This document shows positions 40,886-55,544 of a stretch of 64,000 bases of DNA, piece by piece. A program made the position numbers and the translations under genes. Position 1 is the stretch's first letter; the number at the start of each line of letters is the position of its first letter. Under the pieces are notes generated by a model. It was not told the DNA's origin, searched no databases, and saw only the letters and a program-made list of their open reading frames with translations. The stretch comes from Eledone cirrhosa (Eukaryota). The stretch covers positions 288,176,001 through 288,240,000 of the forward strand of contig OZ024743.1 in the NCBI GenBank assembly GCA_964016885.1, given 5' to 3'.

Positions 40886-42008
40886 GAAGTTACAATTACA
40901 TTTCGGGGCGATTCAGCGTGATGCATTGTGTGACAAGGCAGTCCTTTGAATTACAACTCCTTTTAAAAATATCTGATGGATTCAAGCAAAGTGAAATAAA
41001 GTGACTTGCCAAAAGTCGTAACAAATTGTTGGGAGTAGAACGCATGACCATACGATTGTGAGACCAATGTGTGTATATCTGTATGTTTGTGTTTGTGTGT
41101 ATATATGTATTAGTGTGTGTGTTTGTGTTTGCGTGTATATATATATTAGTGTGTGTGTTTGTGTTTGTGTGTATATATATATTAGTGCGTGTGTGTTTGT
41201 TGTGTATATATGTATTAGTGTGTATGTTTGTGTATCGGTGCTACTGTATTTCTACAGCCATGTAGTATTAACACAAACACACATATAGAAAGCCACAAAC
41301 ACTTACACACGCACATAAATACACAATCATACAAAATCCCACAAACATAATTAAACACATACCAATGAAAGGACGAAAGACACATATATACACACAAACA
41401 CATTTACGCGCGCGCACACACATAGAATCCCCAAGACACCAACAATTATATACTCACCCATAAAAACATGCAAGTCAGACGCACACATACAATCAGAAAC
41501 ACAAACACACTTGCATACATATACACAGACATCCGCATATTACACACACGCTCACACACACATACACACACACAGACACAGAAACAGACACGCTCACATA
41601 AACATTATCGTACCCACACACAAAGAAACACACAAACAATTACACATACACACACATAATAAAACACGTAAGACAGACATACACACACATACACATATAT
41701 TAAAACGCTTAAAACAGACACACACACACAAACGCACACAAGTGCATTAATACACACGCATATATATAAACAGAGACAATAGCACGCTCACACATGCAGA
41801 AATACATTCACGGACACATTTCTCACATTCAGACGCACACAGATACACACCCGCAAACAACGCTACGCACACTCTTACACCAACATACACATACACAACA
41901 CAACACAACTCTTAAGAAAGACATAACGAGAAAATTAGATTTCTCTAATCAAAACAGATGGCGCTTCGGTATCAAAAACGCGCGATTAATCACCGTCATC
42001 TTCCACAA

Positions 42009-44950
42009 GGTTGGTGGTAGTCGTGGTGGTGGTGGTAGTAGTGGTAGTGGTGGTAGTAGTGGTAGTGGTGGTAGTTGTGGTAGTGGCGGTGGTGGTAGTG
42101 GTGGTAGTAGTAGTGGTGGTGTTGGTGGTGGTAGTTGTGGTGGTGGTGGTGGTAGTTGTGGTAGTGGTGGTGGTGGTGGTAGTTGTGGTGGTAGTGGTGG
42201 TAGTTGTGGTAGTAGTGGTGGTGGTGGTAGTGGTGGAGGTTGTGGTAGTGGTGGAGGTGGTGGTAGTTGTGGTTGTGGTAGTGGTGGTGATAGTTGTGGT
42301 AGTGGTGGTGGTGGTGATAGTTGTGGTGGTGGTGGTGGTTGTGGTAGTGGTGGTGGTTGTGGTAGTGGTGGTGGTGGTGGTAGTTGTGGTGGTGGTGGTG
42401 GTTGTGGTAGTGGTGGTGGAGGTGGTAGTTGTGATGGTGGTGGTGGTTGTGGTAGTGGTGGTGGTGGTGTTAGTTGTGGTGGTGGTGGTAGTTGTGGTAG
42501 TGGTGGTGGTGGTGGTGGTAGTGTGGTAGTGGTGGTAGTTGTGGTAGTGGTGGTGGTGGGTGGTAGTTGTGGTGGTGGTTGTGGTAGTGGTGGTGGTGGT
42601 GGTAGTTGTGGTAGTGGTGGTGGTGGTGGTGGTAGTGTGGTAGTGGTGGTAGTTGTGGTAGTGGTGGTGGTGGTGGTAGTTGTGGTGGTGGTTGTGGTAG
42701 TGGTGGTGGTGGTGGTAGTTGTTGTGGTGGTGGTGGTTGTGGTAGTGGTGGTGGTGGTGGTAGTTGTGGTTGTGGTAGTGGTGGTGGTGGTGGTGGTAGT
42801 TGTGGTAGTTGTGGTGGTAGTGTGGTAGTGGTGGTAGTTGTGGTGGTGGTTGTGGTAGTGGTGGTGGTGGTGGTAGTTGTGGTGGTGTTGGTGGTTGTGG
42901 TAGTGGTGGTGGTGGTGGTAGTTGTGGTGGTGTTGGTGGTTGTGGTAGTGGTGGTGGTAGTTGTGGTGGTGGTGGTGGTTGTGGTAGTGGTGGTAGAGGT
43001 GGTAGTTGTGATGGTGGTGGTGGTTGTAGTAGTGGTGGTGGTGGTGGTGGTAGTTGTGGTGGGGTGGTCGTGGTTGTGGTAGTGGTGGTGGTGGTGGTAG
43101 TTGTGGTGGTGGTGGTCGTGGTTGTGGTAGTGGTGGTGGTGGTGGTAGTTGTGGTAGTGGTGGTAGTTGTGGTAGTGGTGGTGGTGGTGGTAGTTGTGGT
43201 AGTGTGGTAGTGGTGGTAGTGGTGGTAGTTGTCGTAGTGGTGGTGGTGGTGGTGGTTGTGGTAGTGGTGGTGGTAGTTGTGGTGGTGGTGGTGGTTGTGG
43301 TAGTGGTGGTGGTAGTTGTGGTGGTGGTGGTGGTTGTGGTAGTGGTGGTGGTGGTGGTAGTTGTGGTGGTGGTGGTGGTTGTGGTAGTGGTGGTGGTGGT
43401 GGTAGTTGTGGTAGTGGTGGTGGTGGTGGTAGTGTGGTAGTGGTGGTAGTTGTGGTAGTGGTGGTGGTGGTGGTAGTTGTGGTGGTGGTTGTGGTAGTGG
43501 TGGTGGTGGTGGTAGTTGTGGTGGTGGTGGTGGTTGTGGTAGTGCTGGTGGTGGTGGTAGTTGTGGTTGTGGTGGTGGTTGTGGTAGTGGTGGTGGTGGT
43601 GGTAGTTGTGGTTGTGGTGGTGGTAGTTGTGGTAGTGGTGGTAGTGTGGTAGTTGTGGTAGTTGTGGTGGTGGTGGTAGTGTGGTAGTGGTGGTAGTTGT
43701 GGTGGTTGTGGTGGTTGTGGTAGTGGTGGTGGTGGTGGTAGTTGTGGTGGTGGTGGTGGTTGTGGTAGTGGTGGTGGTGGTTGTGGTAGTGGTGGTAGTT
43801 GTGGTGGTGGTGGTTGTGGTTATGGTGGTAGTGGTGGTAGTTGTGGTGGTGTTGGTGGTTCTGGTAGTGGTGGTGGTGGTGGTAGTTGTGGTAGTATTGG
43901 TGGTGGTGGTAGTGTGGTAGTGGTGGTAGTTGTAGTAGTGGTGGTGGTGGTGGCAATTGTGGTGGTGGTTGTGGTTGTGGTAGTGGTGGTGGTGGTGGTA
44001 GTTGTGGTAGTGGTGGTGCTGGTGGTAGTGTGGTAGTGGTGGTAGTTGTGGTAATGGTGGTTGTTGTGGTAGTGGTGGTGGTGTTAGTTGTGGTAGTGGT
44101 GGTAGTTGTGGTAGTGGTGGTGGTGGTAGTTTTGGTAGTATTGGTGGTGGTGGTAGTTGTGGTAGTGGTGGTGGTGGCGGTGGTAGTAGTAGTAGTGGTG
44201 GTAGTTGTGGTAGTGGTGGTGGTGGTGGTGGTAGTTGTAGTATTGGTGGTGTTAGTAGTGGTGGTGGTGGTATAGGTGGTAGTGGGGGGGTAGTAGTAGT
44301 GGTGGTGGTGGTAGTGGTCGTGTTGGTGGTGGTGGTGGTGTTGGTAGTGGTGGTGTTGGTGGTAGTAGTGGTGGTGGTGGTAGTGGTGGTGGTGGTGGTG
44401 GTGTTGGTAGTTGTAGTAGTGGTGGTGGTGGTGATAGTACTAGTGGTGGTGGTGGTGGTAGTAGTAGTGGTGGTAGTGGGAGTATTGGGGGTAGTAGTAG
44501 TGGTGGTGGTGGTGGCAGCTGTGGTGGTGTTGGTGGTGGTGGTGGTGGTAGTTGTGGTGGTGTTGGTGGTGTGGTAGTGGTGGTGGTGGTTGTGGTGGTA
44601 GTGGTGGTAGTTGTGGTGGTGGTGGTAATGGTGGTAGTAGTGGTGGTAGTTGTGGTGGTGGTGGTGGTGGTGATGGTAGTTGTGGTAGTGGTGGTAGTTG
44701 TGGTAGTGGTGGTGGTGGTGGAGGTGGTAGTGGTGGTAGTGGAGGTGGTGGTTGTGATGGTGGTGGTAGTTGTGGTAGTGGCGGTAATGGTGGTAATTGT
44801 GGTAGTGGCAGTAGTTGTGGTAATTGTGGTAGTGGTGGTAGTTGTGGTAGTGTTGGTAGTGGTGGTAGTCGTGGTAGTGGTAGTAGTGATCGTAGTGATA
44901 GTAATGGTGGTAGTGGTGGTAGTTGTGGTAGTGGCGGTAGTCGTGATGGT
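42009..44950. repeat. About 3-kb GGT/AGT/TGT trinucleotide mosaic minisatellite
   Basis: Units such as ggtggtggtagttgtggtagt with recurrent 1-nt slips (agtgtggtag); followed by (CTA/CCA)n at 45050-45320. Confidence 0.92.
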
Positions 44951-45047
44951 TATCTTCTACTTCTTCTTCTTCTTCTCATATTCCTCCTTTACGTGTCACT
45001 TCCTTTTCTTCTTATTGTTCTTTACCATCACCAACATTACCCCCCCC

Positions 45048-45102
<55 letters not shown>

Positions 45103-45139
45103 CATAACCACCACCACCGCCACCACCACCACCACCACC

Positions 45140-45176
<37 letters not shown>

Positions 45177-45288
45177 TTACTACTATAACTACTACTACTA
45201 CCACCACCATCACCATCACCACCACCTCCACTACTACTACTACTACTGCTACTACTACTACTACTACTACTACTACCACTACTACCAA

Positions 45289-45320
<32 letters not shown>

Positions 45321-46031
45321 GTATCATTTGCGTGTGCTGCTGTAGCAGTAGTAGTAGCAGCAGCAGCATCAGTTATCGACCTTTTTATAAATTTATTTAT
45401 TGAGCTGTTGTCATCTATTTTCCTATCGCAATGTTATAGTGGATATGTGTGTGTGTATATGTATATGTGTGTGTGTGGGGGGGGGGGGATGAGAAAGAAA
45501 GCATGTATGTAAGTCAATGTATGTGTATGTATCAGTGAGAGAGAGGCTGAGAGAGAGAGAAAGATAGAGGGAGAAAGAGGGGCAGAAAAGAGAGCGAGAG
45601 AAAGAGGTACAGAGAAAGAGAGAGAAAAAATAGATCGAGAGAAAGAGAGAGAGAGAGCTAGAGAGAGAAAGAGGGAGAGAAAGATAGAGAGAGAAAGATA
45701 GAGAGAGAGAAAGGTGCAGAGAGAGAACGAGTGAACATATATAAGTTAGTGTGTGTACGTGTCAGTGCACGTGTGTATGTGAACCTATGTTTTGCGTATG
45801 TTTATATCTGTAGGTGTAAGTCTCATTCTATTTGTATGTGTGTATACATCTGTGTCAATATGTGTAAGTATCCGTGCGTGTACGTATGTTTGCATGTGTA
45901 TGTATGTGTATGTGTTAGACTATTTCTGTCTATATATGTGTCTGTACTTGATATGAGTACAGACACATATATGTATGGAGGTTTGTCTGTGTGTGTGTAT
46001 ATGTTTGTTGTGTTTTATCACATTGTACTGA

Positions 46032-46063
<32 letters not shown>

Positions 46064-46324
46064 ACATGTGTATATGTGTTTGTGTAAGTGTGTGTGTTAG
46101 CTTTATGAAGTTTTATTATCTTCGTTCTTTTGTAACTTTCAATAGAAATAGCCATAAATATATTTCAAAATTAAGCCACATCTCGCTTTGTCTCTCTGAC
46201 TCTGTCTGTCTACATACCCTCCCTCTATTTCTATCTATCTATCTATCTATCTGTTTCTTACACATATCACAAAGGCATAGACACGCAATTATACAGACAA
46301 GAAGACATTAACAGTAAGCTACAT

Positions 46325-46446
<122 letters not shown>

Positions 46447-47039
46447 ACACTCACAAAGGAAGTAAGAACCATGCTCGGACACACCCACACAAACACATAT
46501 ATATACACAGACAGACGCACGAGCGTACGCATAAACATATAAACATGTTTTAACATTCCATATACAGATACGGGACATTGCATGATCCAATTGCGAAGAA
46601 GTTTTCTTCGCCATCATGAAACTCCAGATTCGATACTACAGCCTGGTATCTTTGGCATAGGTCTTTTGGGAAAAATTGAGTAGACAAACTGTTTGTAATT
46701 CTGTCGGATAAACTGTAGCTGTAATACAGTGGATCAGCTTCGTCTGAGAATGACGTTAAAGGTATACATGTTTCTGGAATATTCAACCCCTATGAGTTAA
46801 TTTAAAGAATAAGCCGTTCCGTTGATCGAACCAGCGAAACTCATCGAACGTATCATCGAAAATAGAGAGTTTCATTTGTTTAAACTTTTACATACGGACA
46901 CGCACAAATGCGCGTAATGCAAGACACGCACAAATGCGCGTAATGCAAGACACGCACATAGAAAGACAGCTTATAGATATACCTATATGCAAATATGCAT
47001 GTAGCTGGAGCTAAACATTTTTGAAAGACGACCAGAAAT

Positions 47040-47595
47040 AACTTCCTGACATGCAGAAGAACTGGATTCACACTAGCGCATTGTGTTTAGAGTTTGATAA
47101 TCTTCGAGATATCCCTATGCTACCAATGCAGGGGATACTAAAGCCGACAGCACCCGGAGCGCAATTCAACCTTGGCGACCTTCGAATAAAGGAAATCCAA
47201 GATTTCATGAGAAAAGTACGATCTAAGAGTGTGACAGGTCAGGATGGAGTGCCATACAAAGTCTACAAAAGTGTCCCACTCAGACCAACAAGCTGTTTCT
47301 CACTTGTAAAAGAGTTTTGAAGGAGAAGTTGTTCCAAAAGATCGGAAGACACCTACCTTACCAAGAAGGAGAACTCGTCAACACTCGGCCAGTTTAGGGC
47401 AATTTCCCTACTGAATGTTATTGGTAAAATATTGCTTGGGATTATTGCTAGACAAATAATGACATTTTTGTTGGTTAATGTATATATCGATGGTATGGTG
47501 TAGAAAGATGGCATCTCAGGTGTATTGAAATCCATAGAACATGTGAACATGATCTAGGATGCCATACAAACACCCAAGAAGGAGAGAAAGTGACC
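47040..47595 (+). pseudogene. Degenerate RT N-terminal fragment of an RLE-type non-LTR element (HERO/NeSL-like)
   Basis: KVRSKSVTGQDGVPYKVYK, then KKENSSTLGQFRAISLLNVIGKI...YID...GISG...EH; frameshifted. Confidence 0.65.
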
Positions 47596-47930
47596 CATCT
47601 CTATCCGTTATTTTTTGAGCTATAACTTATTAGCGATAGATAAAGAAAACAGCGAGTGGAATTTGAAAGTTGATCTAGAATATTTCACCGCAACTTTGAC
47701 TAAACAAAATTGTAACAATTGTTATATATTTGGGGATGATCATGTTGCGAATATTGCCAATACAGAACACACGCACTATTTGCTTTTCATTTCAGTATTA
47801 TTATTAGTTATGATTTTATTCGTTACTCATACTGTGACATCCTTAATGAATATTTGTTTTCTCTGTGCCTCCTCTTCTTTCAGGTTGTATTTTGTTAACT
47901 CTATCTTGTCTTTCTGCGGTATATATGTAC

Positions 47931-48255
<325 letters not shown>

Positions 48256-48570
48256 AACATAAATTATCGAGATTCGCACTTCGGCCCACGAAATAACGAA
48301 AAACAACCCCGAGATGTGCGGCAAGTGCTCAATGATTCAGATGAACCAGAGCTATAACAAACGTTAAAGGCCAAACACACTGAGAATATATATATATTCG
48401 ATCTGCATTGATCCTTATGTGGATTTTTAATCGCTATGATCCTTTATTTAGCTCCACCAATGCATGATCTCGGCCAGCCCAAATGCATTTTTCCAACACC
48501 AACGTCTTCTTTGTATGTATGCATATATGTATGTAGGTATGTATGTATGTATATATGTAAGTATGTATGT

Positions 48571-48720
48571 GTCAATAATTGTCACAAGTATAGTGTTTGT
48601 ACCAGAGTTTTCAAGTCGCTGGCTGGACTAAAAAGTCACACTCGTTCAGCGCATCGGTAGGAGTTCTCCCACGTAGATATAAAGTAGTGGCCGTACTCGA
48701 AAACGAGTTGGCAGCCACCA
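48571..48720 (+). mobile_element. RTE-like 3' end with a degenerate C-terminal C2H2 finger and (TGTA)n tail
   Basis: VCTRVFKSLAGLKSHTRSAHR* followed by a short UTR; flanked by (TGTA)n. Confidence 0.6.
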
Positions 48721-48800
48721 TGTATGTATATATCTTTGTAGGTAGGTATGTATATAAATATATATATATATATAATACACATATAGATACACACACACAG

Positions 48801-48922
<122 letters not shown>

Positions 48923-49061
48923 ACACTAGCCATTGCTCTCTGTCCTTTGAGGTATTTTTACCCAACGCGGTCATTGACAGCATTGGCTGTTTTAACAGCT
49001 ATTCTTGGGTTGAGTTTTTTTTCCTATGAATAGAGATATAGATATATATATATACATGCAT

Positions 49062-49119
<58 letters not shown>

Positions 49120-49420
49120 AGGGGGAACCGTCACCAACATCTTATCATCACATCCACCCCACATACACTACAGGCCAGTACATCCCTTTGATCCTTCCCA
49201 CCAATCAAAACAACTCATATTGTCAAACTCTTGAACTTCTATCTTTACCACATAGCATGTATTTCATTTTCTTATAGCATTTTAAAGGGTCCGTCGAGCT
49301 GCCGATCATTGAGTCGGGTAGGATCGATACAGATCGAACCTTGAGCTGATCAGTGGCGAAACGCGCGTCACTTACCACTAAATGTAATGAAGGAGTTACC
49401 AATCGTCCTTGTTATCATTT

Positions 49421-49472
<52 letters not shown>

Positions 49473-49671
49473 TCTTTTTTCTTTCTTCTTTTTCTTTATT
49501 TATCTCTCCCTTTCTTTTCTCCACGTTTCTCTCTCTCTCTCCGTCTTTTTACTTATCCTTAACACTACGATTTACTAAAATAAACAAACCACTATCCTGA
49601 TGTCTTCCAAAAGTAACGGTCGCATTTTGAAAGGGTACGTCAATGTTTATTTATAAAACTGGTATATATTG

Positions 49672-49736
49672 TATTTTGTCTGATGAAGGCATACCATAAT
49701 TTAACTTGGTATCCTTGAAATATGTATAATGAAATA
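49672..49736 (+). ncRNA. Type I hammerhead ribozyme related to the PLE-B 3' end
   Basis: tattttgt-CTGATGA-agg c atacca...tggtat cct t-GAAA-tatgta-TA-atgaaata; same loop 3 as 22240 but a different, still-paired stem II. Confidence 0.78.
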
Positions 49737-50334
49737 AATATGGTTTTATAAATATAGTTTCCATTTGTTAATATCGTATATCTACTCCAAATACTTGCCG
49801 AGTGCTTTATATCAGTTATACAAATATTTGCTTGTTGTATCCTAACAATTTAAATAGAACTTTTTGTAGTACACATTCTATAGTACACATGCACAAAGAA
49901 ACCAACATCACCACAAGCATATATACATCTATTCTGCGGCGCAGGAAAAGAATGACACGCATACACTCCACTCACACACTACCACGAAAACCAACTACAC
50001 TCACACACAAACGTGCATACAGACACACACACCGACTCACACACACACATGCAGAGCCCTGTACACTCAACGCCCCCCCCACCCCGTAGATGGTGGTGAA
50101 TATAGTTTATGTGTTTCATTGCTGATTCAGAGCTAGAGAATCGCTCGTTAAATATAATTAACTAATTAATTTATGCTGTAGATTAGCCACTGTGACACAC
50201 AGATGGCGCACTCCGCTTGCTGATTAATAACCCTTTAAAGGCGGCACACAGACCCACGTGTCACTTTGTTTCTCATCATCTAGCTCTAATGGCGGGACAT
50301 TGTCTATAATGAACATGACCGGAGTGAATAATTA

Positions 50335-50444
50335 TGAAGTTGTTGTTGTTGATGATGATGATGATGTTGATGTCGATGATGATGCTGCGGAGGCTGCCTT
50401 ATGCTACTGATGGTGGTGGTAGTGGTGATGGCGAGAATGATGAA

Positions 50445-50475
<31 letters not shown>

Positions 50476-50497
50476 CTGCTGATGGTGGTGGTGGTGG

Positions 50498-50532
<35 letters not shown>

Positions 50533-50622
50533 GTGGGGTGGTGGTGGCGAGAATGATGATGATGATGGTGGGGTGGTGGTGGCGAGAATGATGATGATGA
50601 TGGTGGGGTGGTGGTGGCGAGA

Positions 50623-50657
<35 letters not shown>

Positions 50658-51245
50658 AATTATGATGATGCTGCTGCTGATGGTGGTGGTAGTGGTGGTG
50701 GCAGGAATGATGATGATGATGATGATGATAATGATGATGATGCTGCTGATGGTGGTGGTGGTAGTGATGGCGGGAATGATGATGATGATGATGATGATGA
50801 TGATGCTGCTGCTGATGGTGGTGGTAGTGGTGATGGCGGGAACGATGATGATGATGATGATGATGATGCTGATGTTTCTGCTGCTGATGGTGGTGGGGTG
50901 GTGGTGGTGGTGATGGTGGGGTAATGGTAATAGTAATAGTAATGATCGTGATGGTGGCGATGGTTTGTATGATGATGATGATGGTCATGGTGACGTACAG
51001 GAGGATAGGGATGATGATGATGGTAATTGTGGCGATGATGATGATAATGAGCAAGAAGAGATGGAGGTGAGGAGGGGGGGGGGCAGAGAAGGAATAATAA
51101 GAGACGAACAAACGACAATGAAAATGATGATGACGATGATGATGATGATGATGATGATGATGACGATGACGATAATGATGACGATGATCATGACGATGAC
51201 GATGATGATGACAATGATGATGACAATGATGATGCTGGTAGTAAT
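50335..51245. repeat. (GAT)n/(GGT)n/(GCT)n mosaic repeat
   Basis: Recurrent unit ggtggtggcg(a/g)gaatgatgatgat. Confidence 0.9.
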
Positions 51246-51264
51246 CAGCTGGTAATAACAATGG

Positions 51265-51425
51265 TAATAATTGTTTCTAGATTTGGCACAAGGCGAGCAA
51301 TTATCTCGATCCGCCAGTACATTACAGGTACTTTATTTTATCGAACCCGTAAGGATGAAAGGCAAAGTTAACCTCCGCGGGATTTGAACTCAGACCGTAA
51401 AGGGACATAACTCTATGCTGGAAAA
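51265..51425 (-). mobile_element. SINE S1, 5'-truncated
   Basis: Reverse complement of the S1 3' part and B box. Confidence 0.8.
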
Positions 51426-51962
51426 CACTGTTAATAATGATGATGGTCATGATGACAATAATAAAGTTAACAATGATATCTATGCTGATGGTGATAACAG
51501 AAACATTTCTACAGCTACCGATGACAATTATGATGACTAGCAGAAAACCCATCCATCGGGTGGTTTTCTGCTAGCATATGTGTATATTTCTGCTTGCGTG
51601 TATATTATACGCAAGTATATATGCATGTAGATATGATACATCAAATAACATCGTAATTGATAATATACACAGAAATTGAACGAAGACTGTGTTACACTGT
51701 CTTATGTAATCAGTGATACATGTAATCTTATGTAATCCATGATACATTAAAAAAAGACGATATTATATATAAACTGCATTAGGAGAAAATTAGTGACAGA
51801 AATATATGAATATTTATTTAAACGTTCGCTAACTGGAAGTGTTGACATTTGAAAATGTTAAAGAAGTGAATCTTTAAATAAGTAATTAAATATATTTAAT
51901 GAACAGCCAGGAAACTTAGTAGATAAATTATGTAATATTCATTCATTATTTATTCAAAGTAA

Positions 51963-52153
51963 GGGCGGTGGATTGGCAGTATCGGTAGAGGGTCGGACGC
52001 CATGCTTTCCAGCATAGTTACGTCCCTTTACGATCTGAGTTCAAATCCCGCCGAGGTTGACTTTGCCTTTCATCCTTACGGGATCGATAAAATAAAGTAC
52101 CAGCAATGCACTGGGTAATTGCTGGCCTTGTGCCTAAAGTAGAAACAATTATT
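51963..52153 (+). mobile_element. SINE S1, full length; ttattcaaagtaa occurs on both flanks (possible target-site duplication)
   Basis: Full consensus match; ttattcaaagtaa at about 51950 and about 52153. Confidence 0.9.
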
Positions 52154-53337
52154 TATTCAAAGTAATCCAACTTATTTTACTAAGTGGATAAAAAATTATA
52201 AACCGTACGCAGTCCCGCGCTTCTTACTTTATTATAGTTTAGATAATGGTTATGACAATGATACTGATAATGATGAAAATATGAACTGCAATGATGATGT
52301 CAGTGATGAGGATAAAGATTTGGAGATATTAGCAATGAAATTAAGAAATAAGGAAGTTAATAGCATTGATGATAATGATGTTGATGATGCCGTAGACTTA
52401 TTATCAAAGGTCATTCCAGCCATAACCATCCCCTCTGGTGTGTTTGTATTTTTTGTTTGTCTATGTGTGTGCGTATGCACGCGTGTTTTGTGGGTAAACG
52501 TGTGTGTGAAAATGTCTTCGTGCATGTATATGTGTGTGCGTGTGTAATTCCTTTTAATTATCTGGTAAAAGTACAGGGTCTGTTGAAGGGACTAGAGTAG
52601 AGGTTTCCAAACTTTAGATGTCAAATTTCATCTATTTGTAGGAATGTTTTAGGCTGTGAAGTATATTTCAGATTAAAAAACTTTGTGTATGAAATCCTTT
52701 TTTTGTATACAGGTTTTGAATTATATATTTTGTTTCACAAACAAATCTTTACCCTTGGGTCCTTTTTGCAAATATTTGGATGAGGTGTCCCGTTTGAGTA
52801 CACCCTCTTCCCTTCACCACACCAAATAGTTAAGTTCCAAGGTAATAAGAATTTGAGAAAAAAAACAAAAGATAAGAATGAGAACGATAGAATGTTACCA
52901 TAGCAATTTTAATTGTCCCAAATATTTACTGATTTACCATCCATTATCAAGGACGAATCCATGGGAGAGGAGGGTTTCAGAAGGCCTGAGAAATGTTGTG
53001 GGTGGCCGGTCGATCTAATTTGGTCGATAATTAAATCGACCAGTTACCCACGAGATTTGTCAGGTTTCTCTCGCCACAACCCCACCACCACCACCACCAC
53101 CACCACCACAGATACCCCTTGATAACGGATCGTGAATCAGAAAGTATTTAAGATCATTAAAATTGCTAAGGTAAATTTCTTTCGTTCTCACGCTTTTATC
53201 TTTTGTCCTTTTTTCTCAAATTCTTATTACCTTGGCACATATATCTCACAGGTATTGTCTCCAAATAACCAAACTTATTTCCTAGTTATAATTGCATTTC
53301 ATAGTATATACATACATACATACATACATACATACAT

Positions 53338-53438
<101 letters not shown>

Positions 53439-53597
53439 GACTTAAACACTAATACAATTTCTGTTAAAGGTTGCTCATTTCCCTATGGAAATATTGAGAA
53501 TTTAGCACAGATGTAAAAGCACATATATTCTTGATTTTTAATTATCTAATTTTGTTTGTATTTCTTTCAGATATATGAATTAATGAACTGATATGAA

Positions 53598-54549
53598 AAT
53601 GGCTGCCCCGTTGAAATTCGTCAGAAGCAAAGAGCAGTAATCGAGTTTTTTGTTGCCAAAAGAGAAACTCCTGTAGACTTTCACAAAAGACTGAAAAACG
53701 TATACAATGATAACGCTTTCCCCTACAGGAGATGAGCTTGCTGTCTTAATGAGTGTTCAACAGACCAAGAAGAATTGGGAAATTCAAGTTTAGCAGACAT
53801 TCTTCCTAGTGGCTGACCAACAACTTCTGTCAACCCTTACAACAAGAAGAAAGCTGATGCTTTAATAAAAGTTCATAGGCGCATAACCATTCATGAGATC
53901 GGAGCTAGTCATGATAGTGCTCACAACATTATAGAGTTATTTGGATATTCAAAAAAGTGTGCCTGCTGGGTACCAAGACAACTGACAGATAAGCGCAAGA
54001 CTGAATGAAATAACTGTTGCACTGAACTGCTTGAAGTTAATCAAAGAATGTCCTTTCAAAGTCTCAGAACTGGTGATGAAACTTGGATTCATCATTATGA
54101 ATCAGAATAAATAAGACAACCAATGGAATGGTGTCTCCAAAGATAAATATGTTGAAGGTCAAAAAGTCTGTTGGAAAAATCATGGCGACTATCTGAAGCA
54201 TACATTAAGACCCATAGAAGTTTTAGACAAAAATTCGCTTTGTAAGACCACATTTTGGAGATGAATAAAGATATTCATTACGACAGCGATGGACCTCATT
54301 CAAGCTTCAAAATAGGGGGGAGGGGGGCAAATACTTCTTTCGTGTAGCCGTCTCCGTCGCATCCTCCCTACTCACCATATTTAGCATCCTCAGACTTGCA
54401 TCTCTTAGCTCAAATGAAAGACAAACGCTATGGTGGTGACAAAAACTGGTGTAAGGAATTGGCTACATCAGCGGCCAGCTGGGATATATGCTGTAATTCA
54501 CAGGTAGAACATTACCATTGTAAGAGGTGGAGAATATGTTGAGAAGTAG
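53598..54549 (+). pseudogene. Degenerate mariner (Tc1/mariner) transposase
   Basis: Manual translation gives CACWVPRQLT (WVPHEL motif), TGDETWIHHYE, HPPYSPYLASSDLHL (YSPDLAPSD motif) and GGEYVEK*; many stops and frameshifts; TIRs not identified. Confidence 0.85.
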
Positions 54550-54811
54550 GGATGTGAACCTGTGATTTGGTCTAGGAGAAGGAAACGGTAATATTTCAAT
54601 AAAGAATCGAATTTGCTATGCAGAAAGAATCTAGTCGAAAGCTTACCGTCTCCCAGTAGCATTTGAGAACACACACACACACACACACACACAGATACAT
54701 TAACACAAACATACACAGACATTGATGCACACAAACATACACACGCGTATGTCCATGCACACACACACACACACAAATCTGTATTGCGTGCCTGAGAATA
54801 TATCTTTATTC

Positions 54812-54853
<42 letters not shown>

Positions 54854-55296
54854 TAATATAATGTATATTTATATATATGCATGTGTGTATTTGTGTTCCT
54901 GTATGCATGTGTACGTGTGTGTATAATTAGTGATTATTGATTAAAGAGTGCCGTTGGTCCCCTGCTGAACTACAGGCCAGGCTAAATGTTGTTTCCGCCA
55001 TTCATCAGAGTTATCACTTCGTCTTAACAGTTCTTAACTTCTCTAATATAATGAGAAGTTATGTTACACTAAGAAACGTATATTGAACGGAAGCATAGTT
55101 GAATGACACTACGTAAGAATGAAACCAAATACTGCAATCAGAGACGTATTTATGGAACCACAGACAAACACATAATACATATATAAATACATGAACTAAT
55201 ATATATACATATGTATGCATGTATGTGATGTGTGTATATTTGTATGTATGTGTGTGTATATATATACATATATATATAAATATATGTAAATATATA

Positions 55297-55397
<101 letters not shown>

Positions 55398-55487
55398 TTA
55401 TAAACACCAATATAAATATATTCATATACATAGATGCCGAACATGCGCAATTGAAATGCACAACAATTCCTGTTATTTCTATTCACT

Positions 55488-55544
<57 letters not shown>

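Noticed and set aside
41794-45403. Gly/Ser/Cys-rich ORFs (41794-42828, 44552-45403) resembling loricrin-like structural proteins, and the 656-aa Pro/His/Thr ORF on the minus strand
   Set aside because: They are translations of a GGT/AGT/TGT repeat; frames slip repeatedly into poly-Val, and there is no signal peptide, codon diversity or splice evidence.
46896-46957. 26-bp tandem duplication gacacgcacaaatgcgcgtaatgcaa
   Set aside because: Ordinary local slippage duplication with no further structure.
49295-49375. Hammerhead-like CTGCCGA...GAAAcgcgcgTC
   Set aside because: The core deviates from CTGANGA and stem I does not pair; at best a decayed ribozyme.
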